NCBI GenBank assembly: GCA_964016885.1
Contig: OZ024740.1
Coordinates: 45,074,001-45,138,000, forward strand
DNA: 64,000 nucleotides
Direction: 5' to 3'
Source: Eledone cirrhosa
Taxonomy: Eukaryota
Positions 1-13,290 of this stretch are shown in pieces; the first letter of the stretch is position 1, and each line of letters begins with the position of its first letter. Under the pieces are notes generated by a model that did no database searches, was not told the origin of the DNA, and saw only the letters and a program-made list of their open reading frames with translations. Made by a program: the position numbers and the translations under genes.

Positions 1-57
<57 letters not shown>

Positions 58-58
<1 letters not shown>

Positions 59-570
59 TAGCCAAATTACCCACGCCTTGCTGCGTTTCACACATTTTTT
101 TTTTTTGTAAGAGAATGAGGATTGATTTTAAATCATTGATATAATTTATGGAGAAAAACTCTGCATTTCAATATTATTCAATGTAAAATGTAATGCATAA
201 AAAATTGGAAAACGTTTTTTGTAATATATCAAATCAAAATTACATTATTAAATCTTATTCTTATTTTGTGTCTTGTAAATAATTTTTTTAAAAATATCAA
301 TTCAAAACTTTTGTGAATAGGCATTATATCTTGTCATTTACCTATGCCTTAAATTTCATAAAACTCGAAGGGAGAATTTTTTCAGCGGGGGGGTTGGGCC
401 CCCGGGGAACCCTTTGATTAAAATAAAATATACTTATCCAAGTACACTGGGCATTGTAGTTTCAGAATATATATGGTTATGGGAGTCTATCTCCAAAACC
501 ATAGGAGGAGTTCGTGAACAAACAACCAACCAAACAAACAAACAGACAGAAACTACAACTTTATATATGA
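58..570 (-). mobile_element. Non-autonomous Helitron-like element
   Basis: On the minus strand it begins TC (570) and ends CTAG (58). A small ACGC-loop-GCGT hairpin lies about 12 nt before the CTAG, and there is a (TTTG/TCTG)n tract near the 5' end, as in Lep1-type elements. Confidence 0.6.
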
Positions 571-656
571 CACTGTTAATGACAACACTAACATCTACGT
601 ATCTTTACGATTGTTTTGTGGAATAGGAGGTTAATTATATGTCTAAACGTTGCTAG

Positions 657-703
657 TGTTCCGATGATTCCAAACAAAAGTTTGGAAGAAACGATCGTCA
701 GCA
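657..703 (+). ncRNA. Minimal type-I hammerhead ribozyme motif (U4C variant)
   Basis: tgtt CCGATGA ttccaaac-aaaa-gtttggaa GAAAC GATC GTC agca; perfect 8-bp stem II; palindromic stem III ACGATCGT; GUC site. Confidence 0.7.
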
Positions 704-840
704 ATGAAATGTTCTGAACATAGTTTTGATTATTCTGTAATTTATATATATATATATATATATATATACATTATGAAGAGAGAAGAAACATTTAGATATA
801 ATTAGTAATAAAATGTATCATACCTAAACTACTCCTAGAT

Positions 841-930
841 TCCTCGACTACGTAGTTTCGTGGCATAAACAAAAACAATACATCATAAAGATATAGAGTC
901 CTTGCGAGGTCTGCCGACTCATCAAGAGGA
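841..930 (-). ncRNA. Minimal type-I hammerhead ribozyme motif (C3U variant)
   Basis: Minus strand: tcctc TTGATGA gtcggca...tgccac GAAAC TACGTA GTC gagga; stem I tcctc/gagga; palindromic stem III. Confidence 0.7.
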
Positions 931-1265
931 TACCTCATTTTACTAGTCTCAAGAACGCGTCTACACGACGTGAGAAAGAATCCCAAAAGGCGGAGGGGGA
1001 GATAGTCACGCGATATAACGGTCGAGAAACAGAGCTAAGCCTCTTATAACCCCGAAAAAAATACCACGGAGGCGGAGGGGGTATTTATATCGAAGCCGTA
1101 GAAGAGGTGGTGAAGGAGACGAGAAGTATGAGTAATGGAAGCTTTCTGGTCTGTCCCAGTCATTCATTGAGCAACATCGGTGAAGTTGGCACCCTTAACT
1201 CACGGTTGGGTGCGGATGCATTCATGTATATATGTGTGTGTCCGCATGTATCTGTGTGTTTCTAA

Positions 1266-1358
<93 letters not shown>

Positions 1359-1410
1359 AAAAAAGTAAACTTTTTTCGCTCTACATGGCTGAATACAATA
1401 AATGAAATGG

Positions 1411-1818
1411 TAGCCATGTCAGTAGAATGAACCCTTCATTCTTGCTCTTGTGTTAGCATGTGAACAGAACTGCAGACACTAATGTTTCTGGGTATCACCC
1501 GTTATCAGTACAGCTCACTATTCACCTGCCAAACTGTCAGAGCTAGTGAAAATATATGCTATTTTCAAAAATACACAGACTGATCGGCCTGATTTACATA
1601 TTAAAAGACTGGTTAATCATTCAGATCTGCATATTACCAGACCCACTGATCAGCCAGATTTGCATATCAGCAGACTGGCCAGTCAGTTTCCTGTATAGGA
1701 GTGATAAATGGCCGGCTTTGCCAAATTCTGGTGATACCCAGAAATATTAGTGTCTGCAGTTCTGTTCACATGCTAACACAAGAGCAAGAATGAAGGGTTC
1801 ATTCTACTGACATGGCTA
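1411..1818. mobile_element. Small element with 89-bp inverted ends (1411-1499 / 1730-1818) and internal ~29-bp tandem repeats; Penelope pLTR-type remnant or MITE
   Basis: The arms are near-perfect reverse complements (1 mismatch seen), and the left arm overlaps a hammerhead motif. Confidence 0.7.
1467..1516 (-). ncRNA. Hammerhead ribozyme motif with core mutation (CUGAUAA), probably inactive
   Basis: Minus strand: gagctgta CTGATAA cggg-tgata-ccca GAAAC ATTAGT GTC tgcagttc; 8-bp stem I with GU pairs. Confidence 0.65.
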
Positions 1819-1891
1819 TGAAATTGAGGCTTATTTGCATAATTGCAAACGAATCGAATATTATTATTAATATTCGAAAAACTCAGATTAC

Positions 1892-1975
<84 letters not shown>

Positions 1976-2127
1976 CTTCTTTCAGACTGAAAGAAGAACA
2001 ATTTGCTTTCAACATTTTCTACGGGAAAAAACATCCTTTCTTTTTCCAATAATCGTTTTTCTCTATATATATATATCAACTCGTGTGTTGCTTCTCCACA
2101 TTTCATTATATATATATATATATATAT

Positions 2128-5100
2128 GATCACTCTATCAAGAATATCCCAACACCTTCTAACACTTCCTACACGAAAATGCTGATAGACAAAGTAGAGA
2201 AAGTTGTTGAAAGAATGAGATGAAAAGCTTTGATTCTCGATGGACACTTTAACACGGACTCTACGGAACATTTTGATATCAAAACTCATAAATACCCGCA
2301 AAGAGTAAAAGATATGACCGCTTTTGAACTAGACTTAGTTAATCTAATCAACAATATCAATTTTCGTAAGTACTCTAACCCTTTTCAATCTAAACTATCT
2401 AATGATATTTCAATATTCAAATCTTCTAAAAAATAAGTTCATTTTCTCCGACAAAACTAAAAACTTATACGAAGTTAATAATAATTTACATGACCAACTC
2501 TTAATAGATAACATCACCTGTAAATACCAAATAGCTAATATAAACACGTATAATAATATAAATAAGGAAGCTAAAGAATTAGCTAGTTCTTTAAAAATAG
2601 ATAATAGGACAGAAAAACTTGCTAAACGTAATGCATATATCACCCTTAAAGATCACAAACCTGATATAAACACACACATTAGAAGTAAGTCTGAATTACT
2701 CCAATGGATGAATAGCTCTTCCGTAGTACATTGGTTTAATAATATTAAAGATAAAAATAGTTCTAGATTCACCCAATTTGACATTGTAGATTTCTACCCG
2801 TCTATCGCTCAGACTCTTTTAGCGAAAGCCTTAAATTTCGCTAGAAAGTTTACCAATATTTCTGATATTGAAGAGAATGTCATCTTGCATGCTAGAAACA
2901 CTCTTTACTGATAATGACACTTGGGTGAAAATATCTAACCCAGAGAGCCCATTCGATGTCTCAATGGGCTCTTTTGACGGTGCTGATGTTTGTGATTTAG
3001 TCGGCCTATTCCTCCTACACACACTTAAAGAAAAATTCCCTAACCATATTTTGGGGCTTTGTCACGACGATGGTCTAATACTTTCCCATACCACCATAGG
3101 CCATAACTTAGATAGATTAAGGAAAGACTTAATAAAAACCTTCGCTAGTTTTAATCTTAAAATTACTATTGACACTAACCTTTCCAATGTTAATTTTCTA
3201 GATATAAACCTAGATCTACCTACTACTTCTTATAAACCATACCATAAACCTAATGAAAATTTAAAATATATAAATAAAGGCTCTTGCCATCCTCCTATAG
3301 TTTTTGAAAACCTTATCCCTAATATTAGCCGTAGGATCTCCACCCTCTCTTCCTCAGAAGCTATTTTCAATAAGGCATCCCCTACTATAATAAAGCCCTT
3401 CAAAATAGCGGATTTAGCGAACCGATTAAGTACATACCCAACAATACTAACTCTTTTAAACATAATAATAGGAAAAGAAAAATAATCTGGTTCACACACC
3501 CCTACTCTCTAGCAGTTAAAACTAATGTAGGCAAAAAATTCCTAGAGCTCTTAGATAAACATTTCCCTAGAACACATAGATACTATAAGATCTTCAATAG
3601 AGATTGTGCCAAAATTAGCTACTCCTGCGGTCCCCTATTAAATCTTATATCATCAATAAGAAATCACCCAGAGAACATCAAAATAGCTCCTGTAGAGTCA
3701 AAAGTGAATGCCCATTACAAGGTAAATGCAACACCAAAGCCATTGTATATGCGGCTAAAGTGACAACCATCAGCAACAACCAACCAGCCACCAGCGAACG
3801 ATATGTGGGTATGACACAAGACAAATTCAAAACGCGTTATTACTCACATGTCGCATCTTTCCGACATCCAGAAAAAAGATTCACAACAGCTCTGGCTAGC
3901 AGAATATGGGATTTGAAAGACCAAGGTATCCAATATAAATTGGATTGGTCACTTTTGAACCAATCTAAAGAATATGCAAGAGGAACAAGACGATGCACAC
4001 TCTGCATAAGTGACAAATATTGGATTTTACAGAACCTTAAATCACCAAAAACCTGCCTAAATACAAAAGCAGAAATTTTCACTAGTTGCCCACACATGAA
4101 ATCACACTTGCTTTCCAGCTCATATAAACTTAACTCACTTTCAGATACTTATCCTCCATAAACTCTTATTCTTCACTTTCCTTAAATTATCCTCTTTACA
4201 GACTTCTCTTTCTGATTTACTTTCATTTTTAACTTTATTTTTAATTTTATTTTTATTTTTACTTCACATCCACCAGTACTTTTCGATTCACTTACCTAAT
4301 ATTTTCACATTCCACATTTTACTTCCCCATTTTCTTTCACTACCTGATAACACATGTCACTTGCGTTTTCCACTCCAGATATATTCTGTTGTTTCGCAGC
4401 CGATTTTATATTTGTACTCATTTATTCATATGGCTGATTTATAATCTGTATCTATGTGTGTGAGTGTGCTTATGTGTGTATACGTACTGTATATGTATAC
4501 GAACGCCTCCGTATGTGTGCGTGCGTACGTATATATATGTGTGTGTATGTGTGTTTTTATATCTACGTTTTTTATATCTATGTTTTTTACATTCTTATTT
4601 ATACGTGTGTGTGTATGCGGGTGAATGTATGTGTATGTGTATGTATATGTGTATATATGTATATGTATGTATGGGTGTGTATGTATATATGTATATATGT
4701 ATATAGTCGCGTACGTACGTGTGATTAGATATACATGGGGCGATATATATTTATATACGTGCCTCGTGTGTATGTATGTACGCATGCCTGCGCTTTTGTC
4801 TGTGCGTATTTGTGTGTATAAATATGTTTTTATATATATGTGTGTATGTACGTGCGTACCTATGTTCGTTTTCTTTTCTCTAGTGTTAATTGATTACTTT
4901 CTCTTTGATTTAAAATTTTTTTCATTCTCATATATTGTTTCATTTTTATACATATATCGAGAATGACACTTCTTTTTACTATTACACTCCCTTCCCTCTT
5001 TATCTTCCGCATATAAGTGACCGCGCGTGTATGTGTGTTTATACGCGTGCTTTCATACTCGTATGTGTATTTAATACCTGTATCTGGATGCGTGTCAACT

Positions 5101-5460
5101 ATATTATCATACAATTTCTTTTTCAACTCATATTATATACGTATTTGTGGTCACATATACACAAATATACTTGCCCTCATATATGTACTTACACACACAT
5201 ATTCACCATACACATGCATTTGTACATACACACATATGTACATTTGTGAGTGTATATACATACATATACACATACCCTAACCATATTTCCTTATTTTTTA
5301 TATATCTCTTGCATTACTTTTATTTATATATTTTTTGCATTTCTTGAGGAGACTTTCCAAATATTTCACTATGTTTTAAATTGCCTTGTCCGACGAACGA
5401 ATGAGGACGTTTTTTGTATTCGTCTTATTCGGGAAACCTCTGGTAATGAGGTAATTATAT
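2128..5460 (+). mobile_element. Decayed Penelope-like element 1 (RT + C-terminal GIY-YIG endonuclease; possibly Naiad-type), with a TG/CA-rich 3' tail ending in a hammerhead
   Basis: Frameshifted ORF pieces: SIKNIP..RMR*KA, FSDKT, QFDIVDFYPSI, FDVSMGSFDGADVCDLVG, GLCHDDGL, VNFLDI, SCHPP; endonuclease IVY...RYVGMT..FKTRY..H, CTLC, SCPH. Confidence 0.9.
5381..5454 (+). ncRNA. Type-I hammerhead ribozyme motif at the 3' end of PLE1 (U4C variant)
   Basis: ttgccttgt CCGACGA a-cgaatgaggacg...cgtcttattcg-g GAAAC CTCTG GTA atgaggtaa; 9-bp stem I, long stem II, GUA site. Confidence 0.75.
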
Positions 5461-5477
5461 TGTATTGTTTATTATAC

Positions 5478-6170
<693 letters not shown>

Positions 6171-6334
6171 ACATAATGGTAGTTAAGATGTGACTTCGTC
6201 AGATTCTTGCGCAATCATAGGTGCAGTTATGCAATCACTGTGATATGCCTGTAGCCAAACACGTCTATCCTCTACTAGACATATCATGCAAAAAATAATT
6301 ATGGTCATTTAATCCCGTCTTAACTACCATTTGG

Positions 6335-6500
6335 TAGAGGGTTGGACGCCATGTTTTCTAGCATAGTTACGTCCCTTTACAGTCTGAGTTCAAATCCCGC
6401 CGAGGTTAACTTTGCCTTTCATCCTTACGGGGTCGATAAAATAAAGTACCAGTAATGTACTGGATAATTGCTAGCCTTGTGCCTAAAGTAGAAACAATTA
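6335..6500 (+). mobile_element. tRNA-derived SINE copy
   Basis: B-box-like GAGTTCAAATCCC followed by aactttgcctttcatccttacggggtcgataaaataaagtacc, shared with copies near 49560-50335, 53345-53490 and 56200-56345. Confidence 0.75.
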
Positions 6501-6635
6501 TTTGATAAATGAATACTGTCACTCATTATCACCTACCTGGGATAAACTACTGACGTGAAGTGCTTTGGGTGGCTAGGACTTGCTCATCCTCAGGAATCCA
6601 CAACGTAACAGCTAAGATAAACAACACTCTTCTAC

Positions 6636-6682
<47 letters not shown>

Positions 6683-7032
6683 AGCAGGGAATAGCGGACG
6701 TAAAATGATGATGATGATGATATATATATATAAACAACAGCTGACTTATGAAGCATTGGAATTTCTTTTAATTTTCCTCAGAGAGACTGCTGTCCACATG
6801 TTTCCATCAGTAGCAGCACTTCGCAAGTTATAATCTTGTATTATATTAGAACTCACGTGACCCTAATACTGAGTTCTACAACTCAAAGCTAGCAATTTCG
6901 TAAAAGGGGAAATCTTTTAAATCGAGCCAAGTATCAATACTTGGTCGATTTAATCGACTTTCCCTTCCCTAAAATTGTTGGCCTAGTATCTAAATTAGAA
7001 TTCAATCGTTTTGGGAGGCCACATGTTTCAAA

Positions 7033-7119
<87 letters not shown>

Positions 7120-7154
7120 ATAGTAACAGTAAAAATCACATTTAATAAACTCAC

Positions 7155-7421
7155 CTTCAACTATCAACCTAGCAGTAGTTGACACAGTACCAATGGTACA
7201 AGTGTACTCTCCATAGTCTTCAAACATAACTCTACGGATTATAAGTTTCTGAATTCTTTTCTCAGTTACTATTTGAATTCTGTCATCAGATACCAATTTA
7301 ACTCCATTTCTGAACCAGTCTACTTTCAGATTTTCTTCTGATACTTCACAGACAAATGTGGCAGTTTCTTCTTTCTTAACCTTTACGTCTTCAAGATGTT
7401 TTGTGAATTCTGGTTTTATGT
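7155..7421 (-). CDS. Ig I-set exon (267 bp), close paralog of 16318-16584
   Basis: ttgtAG|ACATAAAA...GAAG|GTGAGT; IKPEFTKHLEDVKVKKEETATFVCE...EDYGEYTC. Confidence 0.93.
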
Positions 7422-9047
7422 CTACAATAAATCAAAATATATTTTTTAATCCATGGAAATGTTATTTGAACTATAATTACCATATCCACTTGGGTATAAT
7501 TCGCACCGGTAGATGAATCACATTTACAATATTAAAAGAAATATTTGAAACTTGTTTATACATTTAAAAACTATGTTCAGTAATATTGAACTATGTAGAA
7601 TTTAATCCAGACATGTTTGCTTACTCACTTGTTCATGGATTTAAACGTCTTACTCTCCTGATACACTGTTATATACTACTAGTATATAACACATTGTTTT
7701 ACAAATAGAATAGGTAATGTTTGGTTTGTTCACCAAAATGTATCAAAGCTATATAAGTAGATAGATTGACAGATAAACAACACTGTTGGCAGAGAACATC
7801 CCATCTCTTGTTTGACATTTGTGTTCAATGAATTCTAATAAAACTTTTAGAATGCTGTTGACAGATTGTAGCGTTCATGTGAGAGACAGAGAAAAAGATT
7901 GTGTGGTTATTATAATATAGATTTAGGAGAAGACTCTTATACTAAGGAACACTTGATAACCCTTTGTCTACGTGGGGATAACTGTTACCCAAAGATACAT
8001 TCCTTTATTAGTACTTACATCATAAATGACTTGCTTAATGTAACCTTTTTTGGTATTGATACCCACTACTTGGCTTCAAAATTCGACGCTGTCAGTACTA
8101 TTTATGAAAGAGCATCAAATATACTGAGACGATGTTTATTCTTGTATATATATATATATATAGTATATAAAACCTGTTTTTTTTAGATAGTGTATTGATA
8201 AATGACTATGGTGTTGTATATAATAGTGCTGAAATGCTAACAAATTTATCCAATTGACGTTAAGATATGATAATAGTTAATGAATGTGTCTATCAGTGTA
8301 TTTGCAATGGGTACAGTTGGAATACTACACGTTTGCATAGTGAAAATACCTAGTGGTATTTGGTTCTGATAGCAGTTTTTTTATCCATATTAGTAACGTG
8401 TTCTATTTTAATCATTTTCTCACGTCGAATTCAAGTAGATTGTATTACAATTGAAGATGAAACTTTATAACCTTTCTTCGTATAATCCCCATCAGCATCT
8501 CTCAAAAAGGTTCATATTCTTGCTTTCTTCACAAAAAAAGACTACCCAAAGTCTGATTTTTCTACACAATATTCTTTCATGTTTGAGCTCTCAAATAATA
8601 ACTTCTTGCTTTGTTTTGTTTTGTTTTTAAACAGACATTCTCCCTTTCATTCTTCCTGTTGTTCATTGTTATCTAATGAGTAAAAATATTTAAACTTGGG
8701 AGAACCTGAAGTAAACGTTTGTGGTTCATAAGAGGGAAAATAACATGACCTTCTATGGATGCTGTTGAGGACTAACTGGAAAAATGCTATTGGTGTGGGT
8801 GGTAAATATTGGCATATTGATTCTCCCTCTTCAGCCCAGCCAGGTGGCTGACTGATGTTACGCTGTTCATTCACTCACCAATACTGTTTATCTCAATAGA
8901 AATAATACCTGGCATTGTTTGACCTGTGTTAAGTAAAGTTCCCTCCACATAAAATAAAAGCAGGTTGCAATTTATAAACCATGTTAACTCAAAGAATATG
9001 CTAAATGAAACTATGTTAAATAATAGATTAATATTAAGTTTACTTAC

Positions 9048-9302
9048 CATCAACAACAAGTTTTGCTGAAGTAGAAACTTCGCCCACAACACACGAGTAT
9101 TCTCCTTTATCCTCTACATTTACATTGTGAATTATAAGTTTGTGGATTCTCTTCTCAGTAAAGATTTCAATTCGCTCGCTTCTTTGTATCACCTTTCCAT
9201 CTTTCAACCATTCACAACTTACATCTTCTCTGTCAACTTCACAAGTAAATATAGCTGTTTCGGTCACCCTTATTTTCTGTTCAGTAAGTTTAGTAGTAAA
9301 TT
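9048..9302 (-). CDS. Ig I-set exon (255 bp)
   Basis: tttatAG|AATTTACT...GATG|GTAAGT; FTTKLTEQKIRVTETAIFTCE...EDKGEYSC. Confidence 0.92.
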
Positions 9303-10524
9303 CTATAAATGAGAATGTTAAAATGACATATCAGTTGAGCATATTTAATTCATCAAAATAAATAATTGGCTTTATCAATAAACATACATCTTACAGCATT
9401 AAAATAATGGTTTCTGGCATAAGGCTAAACGACGTTAAAATAATGGAAACTCTTCTTATATAAAACTATAGATAAATTGTTCTGTTCTTTTGAATAAGTT
9501 GTTTGTCTGTGACTGAATAGCCAGGAATGTACATCTTCCAACTGAATGTAGTGTTGTCTGCTCAGCAAAATATTAAATTTTTCTAGATAGTAGACTAGAT
9601 TAGAAGGAAATATGAACTTGACAAAGAAGGATAAAATCTTCACCATAGAAGAAAATCTTTGTCCTCAAACCTCAAACTACATCCACCACACATTTTTCAA
9701 CCTAACCACCAGGCACAGGAAGATTAGAACGTGTTGAGGCAATATTCCTGATAAACTTGGCTGATCGCTGAATCTCTCATACCCATAATAACAGTTATTT
9801 GACACAAGCCCAATATCAACGATGCATGGACATTGAACGAGTGCAATTTAGGCAGTTTTATCACCCTGCATGCATCTCAGACATGTTCAATAGCTGGCAT
9901 TTTATGCCTATATAATTTGACTCCAAAAGGCAATAACCACCACTCTGAAACACTGCCAGATCAAGGACTGTTGAAAATTGTCAATAAACCCTAACTTGGA
10001 AATTCTCTAGAAAAGACTATTCAGATTGTCCTTGTCAATGCCCAGAATCATTTCCAGGACATTAGAGATTATATTTTCCTTGAGCATCTATAGATTATGA
10101 GAGAAGACGTTCCACTGACTACTGGGCATCTTCCAACAGTTCAGATCCTCAACTCTCATCTATGCCTGACCCAAAACTACAGCCCAGGGAAAGGGATGAG
10201 TTGCAAAAAGACCCATCATTTGTATGGAAACTACACTCTGTTCGCTGACATCGTCATCGAGGAATCGTAATCATAGTATCTAACCCCACCTTATTTCCGA
10301 GGTGGGAGTTGGAAGCATGTGGATCTCATGACCAACAGAATCTTTCCTTTCCACAAATAGTGAGGGAGCATATGTTCCAATCTATTCAGCTGGTTACTTG
10401 GGGTAAGGCATAATAGTCTGGAATAGTCAGGGGGTAGAAAAGATATCATTAATAAGGACAAGTATCTGTATAGTTAATGAGTGTCATAATTTACTTTGAA
10501 ATATTCCACTAGAAAAAAACTCAC

Positions 10525-10554
10525 CAGTTGTGGTTGTTTCAGTGTGTACTGTTT
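10525..10554 (-). CDS. 30-bp Thr-rich linker micro-exon (xTVHTETTTT)
   Basis: tgtttgttttttttacAG|AAACAGTACACACTGAAACAACCACAACTG|GTGAGT; strong sites, phase 1-1; the next exon is correspondingly short at its N-terminus. Confidence 0.82.
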
Positions 10555-10629
10555 CTGTAAAAAAACAAACAGACGTTAAATTTAGATGTATTTTGTACAA
10601 TTCCACAATTTCAAAACGTTAAAGTTCCA

Positions 10630-10795
10630 ATTTCCTTAAAACATGTTTCTAAATTCTAGATTTTAATTTCAATGGTGTATTATAAAAAATGAAAAATATA
10701 GAAATATTTCGGTTAAATAATTAATTTCCTTAAAACATGTTTCTAAATTCTGTATTTTAATTTTAATGGTGTATTATAAAAAAAATGTTAAAATT
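10630..10795. repeat. Tandem duplication, period about 94 bp
   Basis: atttccttaaaacatgtttctaaattct...aatggtgtattataaaaaa occurs twice. Confidence 0.85.
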
Positions 10796-10862
10796 TAAAG
10801 ATTATTTCTTAGTTAAATAATTAAGTTTCTAGAAACCATGACATAATAATAGAAATACTTAC

Positions 10863-11132
10863 TTTCAACAACCAGTCTTGCAGTAGTAGATATTTTTCCA
10901 ACTCTGCATGTATATACCCCAGTGTCTTCTGATGTCACTTTATTTATTATAAGTTTCTGTGATCTTTTCTCAGTAACCATTTTAATCCTGCTGTCAGATG
11001 TCAAGACATTACCATCTTTCAACCAAGTAGCTTTGATATTTTCTTCAGACATCTCACAGGTAAGTGTAACTGTTCCATTTGTTTCGACTCTCACTTCTTC
11101 AGTAAGTTCTTGAGTGAAATTTGCTTTCAATT
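10863..11132 (-). CDS. Ig I-set exon (270 bp)
   Basis: aaacAG|AATTGAAA...GAAA|GTAAGT; LKANFTQELTEEVRVETNGTVTLTCE...EDTGVYTC. Confidence 0.92.
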
Positions 11133-12016
11133 CTGTTTTGGAAAAACAATTTAGAAATTAGTTCTATGTTTATTCAACTAATCTGTTGCATATGGAATAT
11201 TATTTACATTGTTTTTTGTGGATGGCTGTTTTTTCTATATAGAGAGAGGGGGGTGAAAGATGGTGAAGGGTGAAAGAGGGAGAATGAGTGAGAGAGAGGC
11301 AGGATAAAGAAGCAAATAGACAGAAAAATATATAACTCTTAATGTCCTGTACCATATGAAACTCCATTAACAAGACATTCATTAAAAGGTATGAACCAAC
11401 ACTATGACTGAACCATATTAAACATTAACGTATTTGCTTTACTGCAAATTTTTACAACTAGGAAACATTTGAATAATCAAACAATTTTTTTGAAATTTCT
11501 TAATTTAACAAGAGTTAAATAAATTGTTAAACATTAAAAGTGTGTTTATAAGAATATAAACATTTGATAGTGTAGAAAACCATCTATTGAAATTAATGAA
11601 CAATAGTATATAATGGTTTATCTATTTATATAATTTGACCCTTTAGAAATAACATTGTTATTTCTATTTATTTGAGTGTTTATATATTCTAGTGTTTTCA
11701 GGGAAAACGATATCAAGAGAGTAATAAACTCATTGACAGCAGCTTCCACTATGATTTCACAAAGAATCTTAATGTGGGAAAAGAATTTGACACCCTACTT
11801 ATGTATAACTGCCCAAGTACATCTCTCAATAAAACGAGAAATTAAGTTCCATAAATGAATAAATGCAGAGACAAACTATGTTGAATATGAAAGATCTCCA
11901 GCCTCTTTGGAAAAGAAGGGACAACTGAATTGAGAAAAACTGTGGAAATGCTGTAATGTAGTAAAACTTGAATAAGTTCAATTTTAAAATAATAAATTCC
12001 TTGAAATGAAACTCAC

Positions 12017-12283
12017 CTTTTACTTTGAGAGTAGCTGAAGTAAATACATCTCCAAACATACATTTGTATTCACCTTGATCTTCCATCTTTACATCATGTA
12101 TAACAAGCTTATGCATTTTCTTTTCAGTGATAACTTTAATTCTTTCATTCATTTGTATCTGCTGTCCATCCTTAAACCAAACAGCTTTGACATTGCCTTT
12201 CGAAACTTCACATGAAAATTCAGCATCATCATATTCAGTGACATGAGTTTCTTTAAGTTCTTTGGTGAATTGGCATTTTATTT
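12017..12283 (-). CDS. Ig I-set exon (267 bp)
   Basis: ttttcAG|AAATAAAA...AAAG|GTGAGT; IKCQFTKELKETHVTEYDDAEFSCE...EDQGEYKC. Confidence 0.93.
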
Positions 12284-12459
12284 CTGAAAATTAATTTAAA
12301 TAAACATCTATGATAAAGTGCATTCTAAATAAAAATAATAGTTTACATCCTATATATTGAATAATTTTAATATGCGTTATAGGAGAAATAATTTCATATA
12401 TATAATATATGTATACATATGTGTGTGTATGTATTATGTAGGTATGCATGTATGCGTTG

Positions 12460-13290
12460 GGATATGGAAATACTCTGTTTGGTGCCCAAGCACATGGTTA
12501 ACTCACTTGAAGTGAGAAACCTCTGATTCTTGTTAGAACATCATGTTTTAAGGAAACCTCTGATGTAAAACATGCAACTCGATGACAGCCAATGATGTTG
12601 ACCTAGTCTTCTTTTTCGATAACTGTCAATATTGTTCAGTGAGCCCATTTGGTTCAGTGCAAGGCCTTTCTTCACTTCAAAAAGTTTCAATAACAGGTAT
12701 GATTTGATCTAAACGACTTTCAAGTGTGTTTCATGAGCATGACCATTTCTTTTTTCTTTTGTTGCATCATATGCAAAAGGGAATCTAAGTCCTTAGAAGG
12801 TTTATAACGGTCATATTTGTGGCACTCGTATTTGAGAAAAAGATCAAGAAATGGCAATTCTCAAAGCTGAGATGCAGCCATTATGTATGCATCTATTATG
12901 TATGTATGTATTTTTATGTGCAGGCACATGGAAATACTCAGTTTGGTGCCGGGGAGGGAGAAAGAGACCCCTAGTTTTTGTTAGGACATTATTCTAGGAG
13001 GAAAACTCTGATATAAAACCTCTAACTCGATGGCAGCCAATGATGTTGACCTGCTATTACTTTTGGATATCTGTCACTATTGTTCAGTGAGTAGGATTGG
13101 TCCAGTGAAAAACCTCTCTTCACTTAAAAAGCTTCAAGTACAGGCATTACTAGATCTCAACATATGTAGATAGGAATCTAAGTGCTTGGCAAGGCTAAAA
13201 GGTCATTTTTGTGCCACCCATATACAAGAAGAAGATCAAAGGATGGCAATTCTTGAAACCAAGATGTGGTTATTTTTTATGTATGTCTAT
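12460..13290. repeat. Diverged direct duplication, period about 455 bp
   Basis: atggaaatactc.gtttggtgcc...actcgatg.cagccaatgatgttgacct...gggaatctaagt...atggcaattct occurs near 12463-12890 and again near 12928-13280. Confidence 0.8.

Noticed and set aside
2221-2223. In-frame TGA in PLE1 as possible selenocysteine (some Naiad PLEs encode selenoproteins)
   Set aside because: The context RMR*KA suggests a mutated Trp codon, the element has other disablements, and no SECIS was recognised.
6380-6400. tRNA gene (GTTCAAATCCC)
   Set aside because: No cloverleaf can be formed; it is the B-box of a SINE head.
6176-6640. Half-hammerhead motifs (CUGACGA near 6186-6192 and CUGAGGA near 6587-6593, minus strand) and a 15-bp inverted repeat
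   Set aside because: No matching GAAA/stem III half was found.
8879-8942. Possible small exon ending at a GTGAGT donor
   Set aside because: No convincing acceptor gives a frame-preserving length.
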